Below, piece by piece: positions 45,726 through 54,213 of a stretch of 64,000 nucleotides of DNA. Positions within the stretch are counted from its first letter, which is position 1. Every line of letters starts with the position of its first letter. The translations under genes and the position numbers were made by a program. Below the pieces are notes generated by a model that was not told where the DNA came from, made no database searches, and worked only from the letters and a program-made list of their open reading frames with translations. This stretch comes from Vicinamibacterales bacterium (GTDB lineage Bacteria; Acidobacteriota; Vicinamibacteria; Vicinamibacterales; UBA8438): positions 65,487 to 129,486 of the forward strand of contig CBDCVL010000011.1 in the NCBI GenBank assembly GCA_965223015.1, given 5' to 3'.

Positions 45726-46391
45726 ATGAAACCGGAATTCATCTCGCTATCGTACGAGAAGCCAAGTGCCGCGGAAGTCGCCACCCGGGCGCGGCGCTTC
45801 TATGAGCTCATGAACCGCCGTCGCTCAGTTCGCGCGTTTAGTCGCGATCACGTTCCGGCAGCGGTCATAGAGGATCTCGTCCGGGCGGCATCGACGGCGC
45901 CCTCAGGGGCGCACCGACAGCCGTGGACGTTTGTGGCGACATCGGACCCCGAGGTCAAACGTCAAATTCGGATCGCCGCCGAGAAGGAAGAGCAAGAGAA
46001 CTACGGCGGCCGCCTGCCTCCCGACTGGCTCAGCGCTCTCGAGCCGCTCGGCACGGACCAGGACAAGCCGTTCTTGGAGATCGCCCCGTGGCTGGTGGTA
46101 CTCTTCAAGCAGAACTACGGTCTGGACAGCAAGAGCGGCGATCACATTCGCCACTACTACGTGGCCGAGTCAGTAGGGATTGCAGCGGGCATGTTTCTCA
46201 CCGCGGTGCATTCGGTGGGGCTCGTCGCACTCACGCACACCCCAAGCCCGATGGGCTTCCTGAAGACGATCTTGAAACGGCCCGAAAACGAGACCGCCTG
46301 TCTGTTGATACCGGTTGGGTATCCTGCGACGCACGCCGAGGTTCCTGACCTGCGGCGCAAGCCTCTCGAAGAGGTCTTGGTGATGAGGTGA
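45726..46391 (+). CDS. Nitroreductase-superfamily flavoprotein, iodotyrosine deiodinase (IYD)-like
   Basis: FYELMNRRRSVRAFS...TAPSGAHRQPWTFV...AAEKEEQENYGGRL...FLEIAPWLVVLFKQ...HYYVAESVGIA...LIPVGYPATHAEVPDLRRKPLEEV closely tracks the mammalian/bacterial IYD sequence pattern as I remember it, including the E-x-x-Y lid motif. Confidence 0.85.
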   Translation: MKPEFISLSYEKPSAAEVATRARRFYELMNRRRSVRAFSRDHVPAAVIEDLVRAASTAPSGAHRQPWTFVATSDPEVKRQIRIAAEKEEQENYGGRLPPDWLSALEPLGTDQDKPFLEIAPWLVVLFKQNYGLDSKSGDHIRHYYVAESVGIAAGMFLTAVHSVGLVALTHTPSPMGFLKTILKRPENETACLLIPVGYPATHAEVPDLRRKPLEEVLVMR

Positions 46392-46606
46392 TGGGCGCAC
46401 TGGCGGAGCCTGCCGGCGCTGCGAGACTCAGAAGGCCGGAAGAATAGGCTGCAACCCCAGCGGCTGAGGCATAGAATGCCCCCAGGACCGAGTGAACGAA
46501 CTCATGGCTTTCGAAGTTGGAACCCCCGAACTCTCGCGCCCCGTGCCCCACGAGTTGATCATGACGGCCCTGCTCGGACCGCGACTGACCATGAAAGGCC
46601 TCGCCC

Positions 46607-47452
46607 ATGAAGAGCAATGCTGACCACGCAGCGTTAGGGCTCGACCGGCGTGAATTCGTGCGCGCAACATCCGCGGTCCTGATGGCCGGGGTGCTGCCGA
46701 GGGCGACTCTTGCCTCCAGGGTCGGCCAAACCATCCCGCAGAGAGTCCAGGGCGTTCGCGCCATGACGTTCGACGTCTTTGGCACGGTCGTCGATTGGCG
46801 CATCAGCATCATCGCTGAGATGCAGGAGCTCGAACGGCGAACCCAGATTCCAGGTGATTGGGCGGCATTCGCCGACCGGTGGCGCGCGGGGTACGGCCCT
46901 GCGATGAGACGCGTACGAAACGGTGAGCTGCCATGGACCAAGATCGACGATCTGCATCGGATGATTCTCGACACGCTTGTTCCCGAGTTCGGGCTGGAGA
47001 GCTTGAACGAGGCGGAGCTTGATGATCTCAACCGCGTGTGGCACCGGTTGCGTCCCTGGCCAGACGCGGTCGTCGGGTTGAGCCGGCTACGGGCGCGCTA
47101 CGTGCTTGCAACGCTGTCGAACGGCAATGTCGCGCTGCTCGTCAACATGGCGAAGAACGCCGGTCTGCCGTGGGACGCGGTCCTGTCCGCGGAGCTCGCT
47201 TCGGCCTACAAGCCCGATCCCAAGGTCTACCTGAAGGCTGCGGACTTGCTGGGGCTGCCACCAGAGCAGGTGATGATGGTTGCCGCTCACGCCGGGGACC
47301 TGCGAGCCTCTGCAGACGTTGGGTTCAGGACCGCCTACGTACCTCGGCCCCTCGAGTATGGACCCGGGAGTCAGCGCGATCTGACCCCAGACCGGTCGTT
47401 TGACCTCGTGGCCGACGACTTCGGCGACCTGGCGGATCAGTTGGGACTCTGA
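46607..47452 (+). CDS. HAD-superfamily type II haloacid dehalogenase-like hydrolase with a Tat-type signal peptide
   Basis: N-terminal LDRREFVRATSAVLMAG (twin-arginine), then TFDVFGTVVDW (nucleophile motif), ATLSNGN and AYKPDPKVY...VAAHAGDL. Confidence 0.8.
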   Translation: MKSNADHAALGLDRREFVRATSAVLMAGVLPRATLASRVGQTIPQRVQGVRAMTFDVFGTVVDWRISIIAEMQELERRTQIPGDWAAFADRWRAGYGPAMRRVRNGELPWTKIDDLHRMILDTLVPEFGLESLNEAELDDLNRVWHRLRPWPDAVVGLSRLRARYVLATLSNGNVALLVNMAKNAGLPWDAVLSAELASAYKPDPKVYLKAADLLGLPPEQVMMVAAHAGDLRASADVGFRTAYVPRPLEYGPGSQRDLTPDRSFDLVADDFGDLADQLGL

Positions 47453-47494
47453 ACTCGGCCGCCGGTTGCTGAGGGCCTGAACTCGGACGCCACG

Positions 47495-48106
47495 ATGCAC
47501 CGCGCCAAGAGAGTACTGTTCGTCGCCTGTCTGGTGCCGACTGGTCTCGTCATCTGGCACGGTCTCACGGGGGGCTTGGGCGCCAATCCGATCGAGGCGA
47601 TTACCCATGCTACGGGCGACTGGACTCTGCGGTTTCTGCTCCTGACTCTCTCCATCTCGCCGCTGAGACGGCTCACCGGGTGGAACCCGGTCATGCAGGT
47701 GCGCGGGATGCTCGGCCTATTCGCGTTCTACTACGCGTCGCTCCACGTCCTGACGTACGTAGTCCTTGACCACTTCTTCTCGCTGAGGTCGATCCTCGAG
47801 GATGTGATCACCCGCCGCTACATCACCGCGGGCTTCGCGGCGTTCGTGTTGATGATTCCGCTCGCGGCGACATCGTCACAAGACATGGTCAGGCGTTTGG
47901 GCGGAAGGCGCTGGCGGGCCTTGCACCGGCTCGTGTACGCAAGCGCCGTGGCTGGCGTCGCCCACTATCTCTGGATGGTGAAGGTTGATTCCCGCCCACC
48001 GCTGATCTATGCGGCTGTGCTGGTCGCGCTCTTCGGTCTTCGGGCGGGACGACGTGGCGCAGCGAGGGTCAGCAGCAAGACTGCTGAGACCTCATCTGAC
48101 GCGTGA
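47495..48106 (+). CDS. msrQ: Protein-methionine-sulfoxide reductase heme-binding subunit MsrQ (YedZ)
   Basis: 203 aa with six TM helices. GANPIEAITHATGDWTLRFLLLTLSISPLRR...YASLHVLTYV...WRALHRLVYA is the ferric-reductase-like YedZ pattern. Confidence 0.85.
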   Translation: MHRAKRVLFVACLVPTGLVIWHGLTGGLGANPIEAITHATGDWTLRFLLLTLSISPLRRLTGWNPVMQVRGMLGLFAFYYASLHVLTYVVLDHFFSLRSILEDVITRRYITAGFAAFVLMIPLAATSSQDMVRRLGGRRWRALHRLVYASAVAGVAHYLWMVKVDSRPPLIYAAVLVALFGLRAGRRGAARVSSKTAETSSDA

Positions 48107-48121
48107 GCTCGTTTTCTTGGT

Positions 48122-49042
48122 TCAGTAGTCCTTCGCCAGGTCCATCCCCTCGTACAAAGGTGCCACCTGGTCGCCATATCCATTGAACAAGAGGGTGTCC
48201 CGTCTGAAGAATTCGCCGATCCGGCGCTCGGTTCCCTGGCTCCATAATGGGTGGTCAACAGCCGGATTCACGCTGGCGTAGAAGCCATACGATCGGGGCT
48301 TCACTTGCTGATATGTCCCGACGGGTTGATCCTCGAGAAAACGGACGCGCACGATCGACTTGATGCTCTTGAAGCCGTACTTCCATGGCACGACGAGCCG
48401 GATGGGCGCGCCATTCTGAGGTGGCAAGGCCTCGCCGTAAAGACCCACGGCCAGTATCGCGAGCGGGTGCCGAGCTTCGTCCATCCGTAGACCTTCGGTG
48501 TACGGCCAGTCGAACGGCAGGCGGCGGCTCCTGGGCATCCGTGCGGGATCGTAGTGACTGTCGAAGCTGAGGAAGCGCGCGCTGTCTGCGGGACGGCAGC
48601 GCTCGATGAAGCGCGACAAGGGAAACCCGACCCAGGGGATGACCATCGACCATCCCTCCACGCACCGGTGGCGGTACGTCCTCTCTTCGAGCACATGGCC
48701 GTCCAACACTTCCTCGAGAGGAAACCGACCTGGGCGCTCGCAGGCGCCTTCGACGACCACGTGCCATGGCTGCGTGATCAGATTCGCCGGAGCGAGCTCG
48801 GACGGCAGGTCCTTGTTGTCACTGCCCGCAAACTCGTAGAAGTTGTTGTATGACGTGACTGCGTCCCACGGGGTGGGTGGCTCGTCGGTGCTCAACCGGC
48901 TCTTCTGCACACCGGGGAGCTTGGGGCCGTGGGGGGCCGGTCTTCCGGCAGCGAGCGCCGTCCTCCCACCGAGGGTGGCTGTTGCAGTCGCTGCGGCGGA
49001 CCCTGCGGTCGTACGCAGGAACTCGCGTCTGTCTACGGGCAT
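48122..49042 (-). CDS. msrP: Protein-methionine-sulfoxide reductase catalytic subunit MsrP (YedY), Tat-exported molybdoenzyme
   Basis: MPVDRREFLRTT Tat signal; VTSYNNFYEF...RHRCVEGWSMVIPWVGFPL...PIRLVVPWKYGFKSIKSIV... Confidence 0.9.
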   Translation of the reverse strand: MPVDRREFLRTTAGSAAATATATLGGRTALAAGRPAPHGPKLPGVQKSRLSTDEPPTPWDAVTSYNNFYEFAGSDNKDLPSELAPANLITQPWHVVVEGACERPGRFPLEEVLDGHVLEERTYRHRCVEGWSMVIPWVGFPLSRFIERCRPADSARFLSFDSHYDPARMPRSRRLPFDWPYTEGLRMDEARHPLAILAVGLYGEALPPQNGAPIRLVVPWKYGFKSIKSIVRVRFLEDQPVGTYQQVKPRSYGFYASVNPAVDHPLWSQGTERRIGEFFRRDTLLFNGYGDQVAPLYEGMDLAKDY

Positions 49043-49232
49043 CGCTATTCCTCCAGCCGGTTCGTATACCCTACCCTCCCGGCTGGTACCGATTTAAATG
49101 AGGCCGCTATCCTAGGCGTGGCGACGGTAGCCTAACGGCAACCGGCTCTTCAACATCGCCTCCCGACCCGGTCACGAGCACGTGACAGACCTCATCGGCG
49201 CGAGCAGCATGGGACAGGTCTATCCGGAGCGC

Positions 49233-49427
49233 CTATCTCCTGGCTTCCAGCCAAGAGATCGTCAGGGCGGTCACCAAGGCGATCACCGCCCCCAAGAACA
49301 CCGTCAGCGGCCAAAGCGCCTGGCGGTCGTTACGCATGAAGGCGGACATGGCTGAGAGAAACAGAACCGCGACCGGCAAGAACCCAATCCCGAAAGCGAA
49401 CCACTGATTTCGATTCGGTTTCCACAT
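49233..49427 (-). CDS. Small two-TM membrane protein
   Basis: MWKPNRNQWFAFGIGFLPVAVLFLSAMSAF...LWPLTVFLGAVIALVTALTISW. There is no family assignment and the RBS is weak. Confidence 0.4.
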   Translation of the reverse strand: MWKPNRNQWFAFGIGFLPVAVLFLSAMSAFMRNDRQALWPLTVFLGAVIALVTALTISWLEARR

Positions 49428-49682
49428 GATGACTCTCTCTAGTGATGAACAGACGATTGCGGTGAGATCCCGCAGTGCAAGGGGCATTCCGTGGGAGAAC
49501 GTCCTGGCAGCAGGCGCTCGCAGGCCCTCTCCTTCTCGGCTCGCATGTCGTTATCGTGATCCGGAACCAGAATCTGATTGAAGGCGGGTTCCTTGGCTAG
49601 AGTCTTCATACGGTCTGGGCGTAGAATGACTCCGGGATCACGTTGAATAACTGATACTGCAAGGAGTGATGCGAGGCTGACG

Positions 49683-50299
49683 ATGGGCGACGACCAGACC
49701 TTTCAGATCATTCTCGCCCTCGGAATGGCGGCCGTCCTGCCGGTTGGTCTCTATCATCGCATCCGATCTCAGGCGACAGGCGAGAAGCTCGACCGCCGAC
49801 AGGAGGGCCTCGCGATCTTGCTGACGCTCCGGCCGGCCGGTCTGGCGGGAATGCTCGGACTGGTTGCGTTCGTCGTGAACCCGGACTTGATGGCGTGGTC
49901 GTCTGTGCCGTTGCCCGTATCGCTCCGCTGGGGTGGCGTGGCTCTGGGGGTAGTGGGCGGTGCTCTGCTTGTCTGGACCTTTCGTACACTGGGCACGAAC
50001 ATCACCGACACGGTCGTGACCCGGCGGGTTCATACGCTGGTGACGACTGGACCGTACCGAATCGTCCGGCATCCGTTCTATGTGGCGTCAGCGTTTGCCA
50101 TCATTGCCAACACCTTGCCACGGCGAACTGGTTCATCGGAGTTATGGGAGCGGTGGCGACGACCCTTCTCGTCATACGGACGACGATAGAAGAGGAACAC
50201 CTCGTCAGACGCTTCGGTGAAGAGTATCTGCGATATACGAAGGAGACAGGCCGCTTCGTTCCACGGTCGGCGTCGCTTTCGCGGAGGCCTGCCGCCTGA
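49683..50299 (+). pseudogene. Isoprenylcysteine carboxyl methyltransferase (ICMT/PEMT)-family membrane methyltransferase, frameshifted
   Basis: Frame 1 gives ...TTGPYRIVRHPFYVASAFAIIANTL. The family consensus continues in another frame (ATANWFIGVMGAVATTLLVIRTTIEEEHLVRRFGEEYLRYTKETGRFVPR). A one-base deletion is implied near 50115-50120. Confidence 0.7.
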
Positions 50300-50375
50300 T
50301 GGCGTGACCATGCATCAACGCTGGCATCTTGCTGGAGGTCTCGGGGGTGTCGTGATCGCCGAGGGAGAGAGAACG

Positions 50376-51143
50376 ATGAGAACACGTGTGATGCAGGTGG
50401 CGCTGTTGGGCCTGTTGCTGGCTCTCGGCGCCCGCGGGGCTTCGGCGGAGGTCATGACGTGGCAGGTCGACGGCGAGAAGCGCGAAGCCATCGTCTATCC
50501 CCCGACCGCGTCTCGCGGTGAGGAAAGCGTCCCGCTGGTGTTGTCGTTCCACGGGTATGGCGACAACATGCACAACTTTCAGCACACGAATGTGCATGCG
50601 GCCTGGCCCGACGCGATCGTCGTGTACTTTCAGGGACTCCAGACTCGTGGTGGCCTCCGCGGGTGGCAGGTGCGTCGAGGTGACGTCGACCGAGACCTGA
50701 AGCTTGTCGATGTGGCACTCGCGTCGCTGCGTAGGACGTACACCATAGACGACGATCGTATCTACGCGACCGGCTTCTCGAACGGAGGGATGTTTACCTA
50801 TTTGTTATGGGCGGAACGGCCTGGCGTGTTCGCGGCCTACGCTCCGGTGGCAGGTCGCCTGTCTGAGGCGGTACGGCCCAAGCAACCGAGCCCCCTCTTT
50901 CATGTGGCAGGGGAGGGTGATCGGGTGGTGAGCTTTTCGGATCAGGAGGCTGCGATCGCGGTTGCTATCGAGGTGAACGGCGTGGGCGCTACGACAACGC
51001 GTTGTGGGGAGGGCTGCGCGGTCTACGGATCGGGTACGCCCGCTCCCGTCATGAGCTGGATCCATCCTGGTGCCCACGTCTATCCGCGCGGGACCGCCGA
51101 GCGGATCGTGTCCTTTTTTCGGGAGCATTCCCGCATGCGCTGA
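50376..51143 (+). CDS. Secreted alpha/beta hydrolase, PHB-depolymerase/esterase (COG3509-like)
   Basis: Signal peptide; PLVLSFHGYGDN...; nucleophile elbow GFSNGG; ...HVAGEGD... Confidence 0.7.
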   Translation: MRTRVMQVALLGLLLALGARGASAEVMTWQVDGEKREAIVYPPTASRGEESVPLVLSFHGYGDNMHNFQHTNVHAAWPDAIVVYFQGLQTRGGLRGWQVRRGDVDRDLKLVDVALASLRRTYTIDDDRIYATGFSNGGMFTYLLWAERPGVFAAYAPVAGRLSEAVRPKQPSPLFHVAGEGDRVVSFSDQEAAIAVAIEVNGVGATTTRCGEGCAVYGSGTPAPVMSWIHPGAHVYPRGTAERIVSFFREHSRMR

Positions 51144-51173
51144 TCGGCTGATCGATTGACCCCTACTGCGTAG

Positions 51174-52751
51174 CTAGCGAGGCAGGGGTGCTAGCGCCGG
51201 CTGGCTGTTCCCTGGGACTTCGACGTCGCGCTGAAAGATCCCTGCTGGGGGCGGACTGACCGGCAGGCCCCGAGCCGTCATGAGCTGTCGGATGAGCGAC
51301 GCGGTCATGGGCATGCCAACGCCACCGAGAAAGAGCGTCTTGCCATCGGGGGCGAGACCGTCGGCAATGTTCATCGGCAACAACCCCCTTTCGTTCTGGG
51401 CACCAAGCTTGGCAGCGTGGTCGACCAGGAATTGCACGATCGCGTTGGCACCCCGTCGCGCCGCCCCATGCAGCGCCGTGTCACCGGCGGCGTTGACCAC
51501 GTTGACATCGACCCCTGCCTCAACGAGGGCGGCGACGGCGTCTAACGCGTCCTCGTTGGTTCCGCTGTCTTCCCCTGGGTTCTGCATTTCGAGACCGGCG
51601 GCCACCATGAGTGGCGTCGTTCCGGCGGCTGTCGTTAAGGTGGGATCTGCCCCGTGGCCCAGGAGGGTCTGTATCAGGCCGGCGTCGATCGCTTTTGCGG
51701 CCAACACGAGCGGGGTGGCACCCTCTCGACGGAACACGTGGCGGTATCCATCCACCATGTCTTTCGTCATGCGCGCGTTGACGTCGGCCCCGTGGGCAAC
51801 GAGCTGCACGGCGAGCTCCACGGCGGTCAGATTTCCTGTGTCAACGGGATGGGGGAGGGTGCCGACGCTGAGGAGTCGCTGGTACGCGAGTTCGTGCAGC
51901 GCCGCCCAGCCCTGCGCGGCGGCGTTTGGGTCAGCACCGTACTCCAGCAGCACGTCGCCGAGCTCCCAGTGGTGGTTCTTGATGGCAACGACCAGGGCGC
52001 TCATGCCATCAGACAGGCTGTCGTTGGCGTTGGCTCCAGCGGCGAGCAGCGCGCGAGCCGCCTCCATGTGTCCTTCCCGCACGGCGTACAGCAGCGGGGT
52101 GAAGCCCTCAACAAAGGGTACATAGTACGAATTGCGCTCATTCCCTCGGTCGATCGCGGCCGCCAGGTCGGCCGCCTCAGGCCGACGACGCGCCGTCGCG
52201 TTGAGGTCTGCCCCGCCCTCGAGCAAGGCGTGGATGGCGTCGACACGGTTGCGGGCCGCCGCCCACATCAGCGCCGTCTGATCTTCCGTCTCTTCCCGCG
52301 CGTTGACGTGTGCTCCCTGCGCAAGCAGAAGCCTGACGCCCGCAGCCGACCCGGCCTGCGCCGCCGCCATGAGGACAGTCTCGCCTTCCGGTAGCGTGCT
52401 GTTCGGGTCTGCTCCAGCGTGGAGCAACTGTTCGATCACCGGTGCGTTTCCTGCACGGCACGCCAGGGCCAGCGGCATGACGCCGTACCGATTCATGAGG
52501 GTGACATCCGCCCCCGCGCGAATGAGTACCTCCGCAACGTCTACATCGCCTCGATACGCGGCCCAATGCAGCGCCGTCGTGCCGTCCGGCGTCGGACGGT
52601 TCACCGTGTCCGGCTGCGCGAGTGCACGCACCGCCTCGACGTCCCCACTCTTGACGGCTTCGACCAGCGGAACGTCACGCCCGCCCGCACCGAGGCTCAA
52701 GCCTGTAAAGAGGAGAACGACTGAGATACCGTTCAGGCATTGTCTGCGCAT
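51174..52751 (-). CDS. Secreted ankyrin-repeat protein
   Basis: 525 aa. Signal peptide, then about 12 repeats of the G.TALH.AA..G....V..LL..GADVN type. Confidence 0.85.
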   Translation of the reverse strand: MRRQCLNGISVVLLFTGLSLGAGGRDVPLVEAVKSGDVEAVRALAQPDTVNRPTPDGTTALHWAAYRGDVDVAEVLIRAGADVTLMNRYGVMPLALACRAGNAPVIEQLLHAGADPNSTLPEGETVLMAAAQAGSAAGVRLLLAQGAHVNAREETEDQTALMWAAARNRVDAIHALLEGGADLNATARRRPEAADLAAAIDRGNERNSYYVPFVEGFTPLLYAVREGHMEAARALLAAGANANDSLSDGMSALVVAIKNHHWELGDVLLEYGADPNAAAQGWAALHELAYQRLLSVGTLPHPVDTGNLTAVELAVQLVAHGADVNARMTKDMVDGYRHVFRREGATPLVLAAKAIDAGLIQTLLGHGADPTLTTAAGTTPLMVAAGLEMQNPGEDSGTNEDALDAVAALVEAGVDVNVVNAAGDTALHGAARRGANAIVQFLVDHAAKLGAQNERGLLPMNIADGLAPDGKTLFLGGVGMPMTASLIRQLMTARGLPVSPPPAGIFQRDVEVPGNSQPALAPLPR

Positions 52752-52831
52752 GATTCACACTCTCCCGAACTGGAGTTTGTCCGCTCGCGTACTTTCACGG
52801 GGGGGCGCTGGGTACCTCGAGGGCGCCCCGA

Positions 52832-54172
52832 CTACAGATCGGCCAGGCGCCCCGTGCTGTCGCCAACGCGATCAAGCTCGACACCGACCTTGTCGAGCAG
52901 ACTCAGGCCGAGATTCATCATCGGCGTGTCGGTCGCACACTGCAGATGACGCCCTCCCTTGAGCTGCCCACCCCCGCCGCCGGCAAGGACGACCGGCAAG
53001 GCGTGCGCACTGTGGATGCTCCCGTCCCCCATCCCGGCGCCGTAGAGCAGCATCACATGGTCCAGCAGGGTGCCATTGCCGTCGGGAATCGAGCGCATCC
53101 GTTGGAGCAGTTGGGCGAACAGCGACATGTGGTACGTATTGATCTTGACGTTCTTCTGTTGCTTGGTGACATTTGCGCCAGCATGCGACACATCATGGTG
53201 TCCTTCAGGCACGCCAATCGAGGGGTAGGACCGCCCAGACTGTTCGCGCGCGACCTGGAAGTTCACGACACGCGTGATGTCGGCTCGATACGCAAGGACC
53301 ATCAGATCGAACATGAGCTCGGCATGGTCTTCGAATGAGTCCGGAATGCCAGTCGGTTGCTCAATCGCCGGAAGGGCCCCGCTGTCAGCCTGTCGCTCGG
53401 CCCGCTGGATGCGCTGCTCGACCTCCCGCACCGAATCAAGGTAGTCCGCGAACACGGTACGGTCGGTCGGCCCAAGCGTGCGCTGCAGTCGAGCGGCATC
53501 CTGGGCGACCCAATCCAGAATGCTTCTGTCCTTGCGCAACTGGGCGGCGCGGACGTCCCCGCTGCCGCCGTACCCGAACAGCCGCTCGAAGACCAACCGG
53601 GGATTATTCTCCATTGGCAGGGGAGTGGTCGGCGTCCGCCAGGAAAACGTGTTTACGTAGGTACAGCTGTAGCCGTTGTCACAGTTGCCAACCATGTAGT
53701 TGGGCTCGAGCGCCAACTCAAGAGACCGCAAGACCGTATCGCGACCGAGCACGGCGGCCGCATGTTGATCGATCGTGGTGCCTGCCTGAATGTCGGGCCC
53801 TTCCGTCAGCTTGGGAGGCACGCCACACAGCCACACCGAGTGAGCGCGCGTGTGCGGTCCGCCCCCTTTTTCCCCGACCTCGGCCGCCGTGTTCGCGAGG
53901 CCTGTCACGATCACCACGTCATCCCGATGCGCTTCGAGCGGTTTGATGATCGGGGGCATCTCGAAGCCCATTCCGTCCGTGGCGGGAATGAAGTACTTCA
54001 ACTGCACTCCGTTCGGTACGTAGATAAATCCGAGACGTGGGGTCCCCTGGGCCGCCGTCTTCGCTTCGGCCGTCAGGGCCGGTACCATCGCGTCCAGGAA
54101 CGGAAGGGCGAGCGTGCCAAAGATCCCGCGCAGCACAGTGCGGCGGGGCAAGGCCATCTTGGTAACGATCAT
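52832..54172 (-). CDS. DUF1552-family protein with a Tat signal
   Basis: ATG 54172 preceded by AGGAAGGAG. MALPRRTVLRGIFGTLALPFLDAM; ...GGPHTRAHS...; EGHHDVSHAG. It is the usual partner of DUF1592 proteins. Confidence 0.85.
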   Translation of the reverse strand: MIVTKMALPRRTVLRGIFGTLALPFLDAMVPALTAEAKTAAQGTPRLGFIYVPNGVQLKYFIPATDGMGFEMPPIIKPLEAHRDDVVIVTGLANTAAEVGEKGGGPHTRAHSVWLCGVPPKLTEGPDIQAGTTIDQHAAAVLGRDTVLRSLELALEPNYMVGNCDNGYSCTYVNTFSWRTPTTPLPMENNPRLVFERLFGYGGSGDVRAAQLRKDRSILDWVAQDAARLQRTLGPTDRTVFADYLDSVREVEQRIQRAERQADSGALPAIEQPTGIPDSFEDHAELMFDLMVLAYRADITRVVNFQVAREQSGRSYPSIGVPEGHHDVSHAGANVTKQQKNVKINTYHMSLFAQLLQRMRSIPDGNGTLLDHVMLLYGAGMGDGSIHSAHALPVVLAGGGGGQLKGGRHLQCATDTPMMNLGLSLLDKVGVELDRVGDSTGRLADL

Positions 54173-54213
54173 CGTAGCGATCTCCTTCCTAGCTGGGCCG
54201 CGCAGGGCCCCGA

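Noticed and set aside
46502-46621. 39-codon ORF (MAFEVGTPELSRPVPHELIMTALLGPRLTMKGLAHEEQC) upstream of, and overlapping, the dehalogenase start
   Set aside because: It has no RBS and no recognisable motif. Codon bias is inconclusive. It is too weak to call.
49439-49609. 56-codon minus-strand ORF (MKTLAKEPAFNQILVPDHDNDMRAEKERACERLLPGRSPTECPLHCG...) upstream of the small membrane protein gene
   Set aside because: It has moderate codon bias, no clear RBS and no family match. It could be a shifted 5' part of the neighbouring ORF, but that cannot be supported from the sequence alone.
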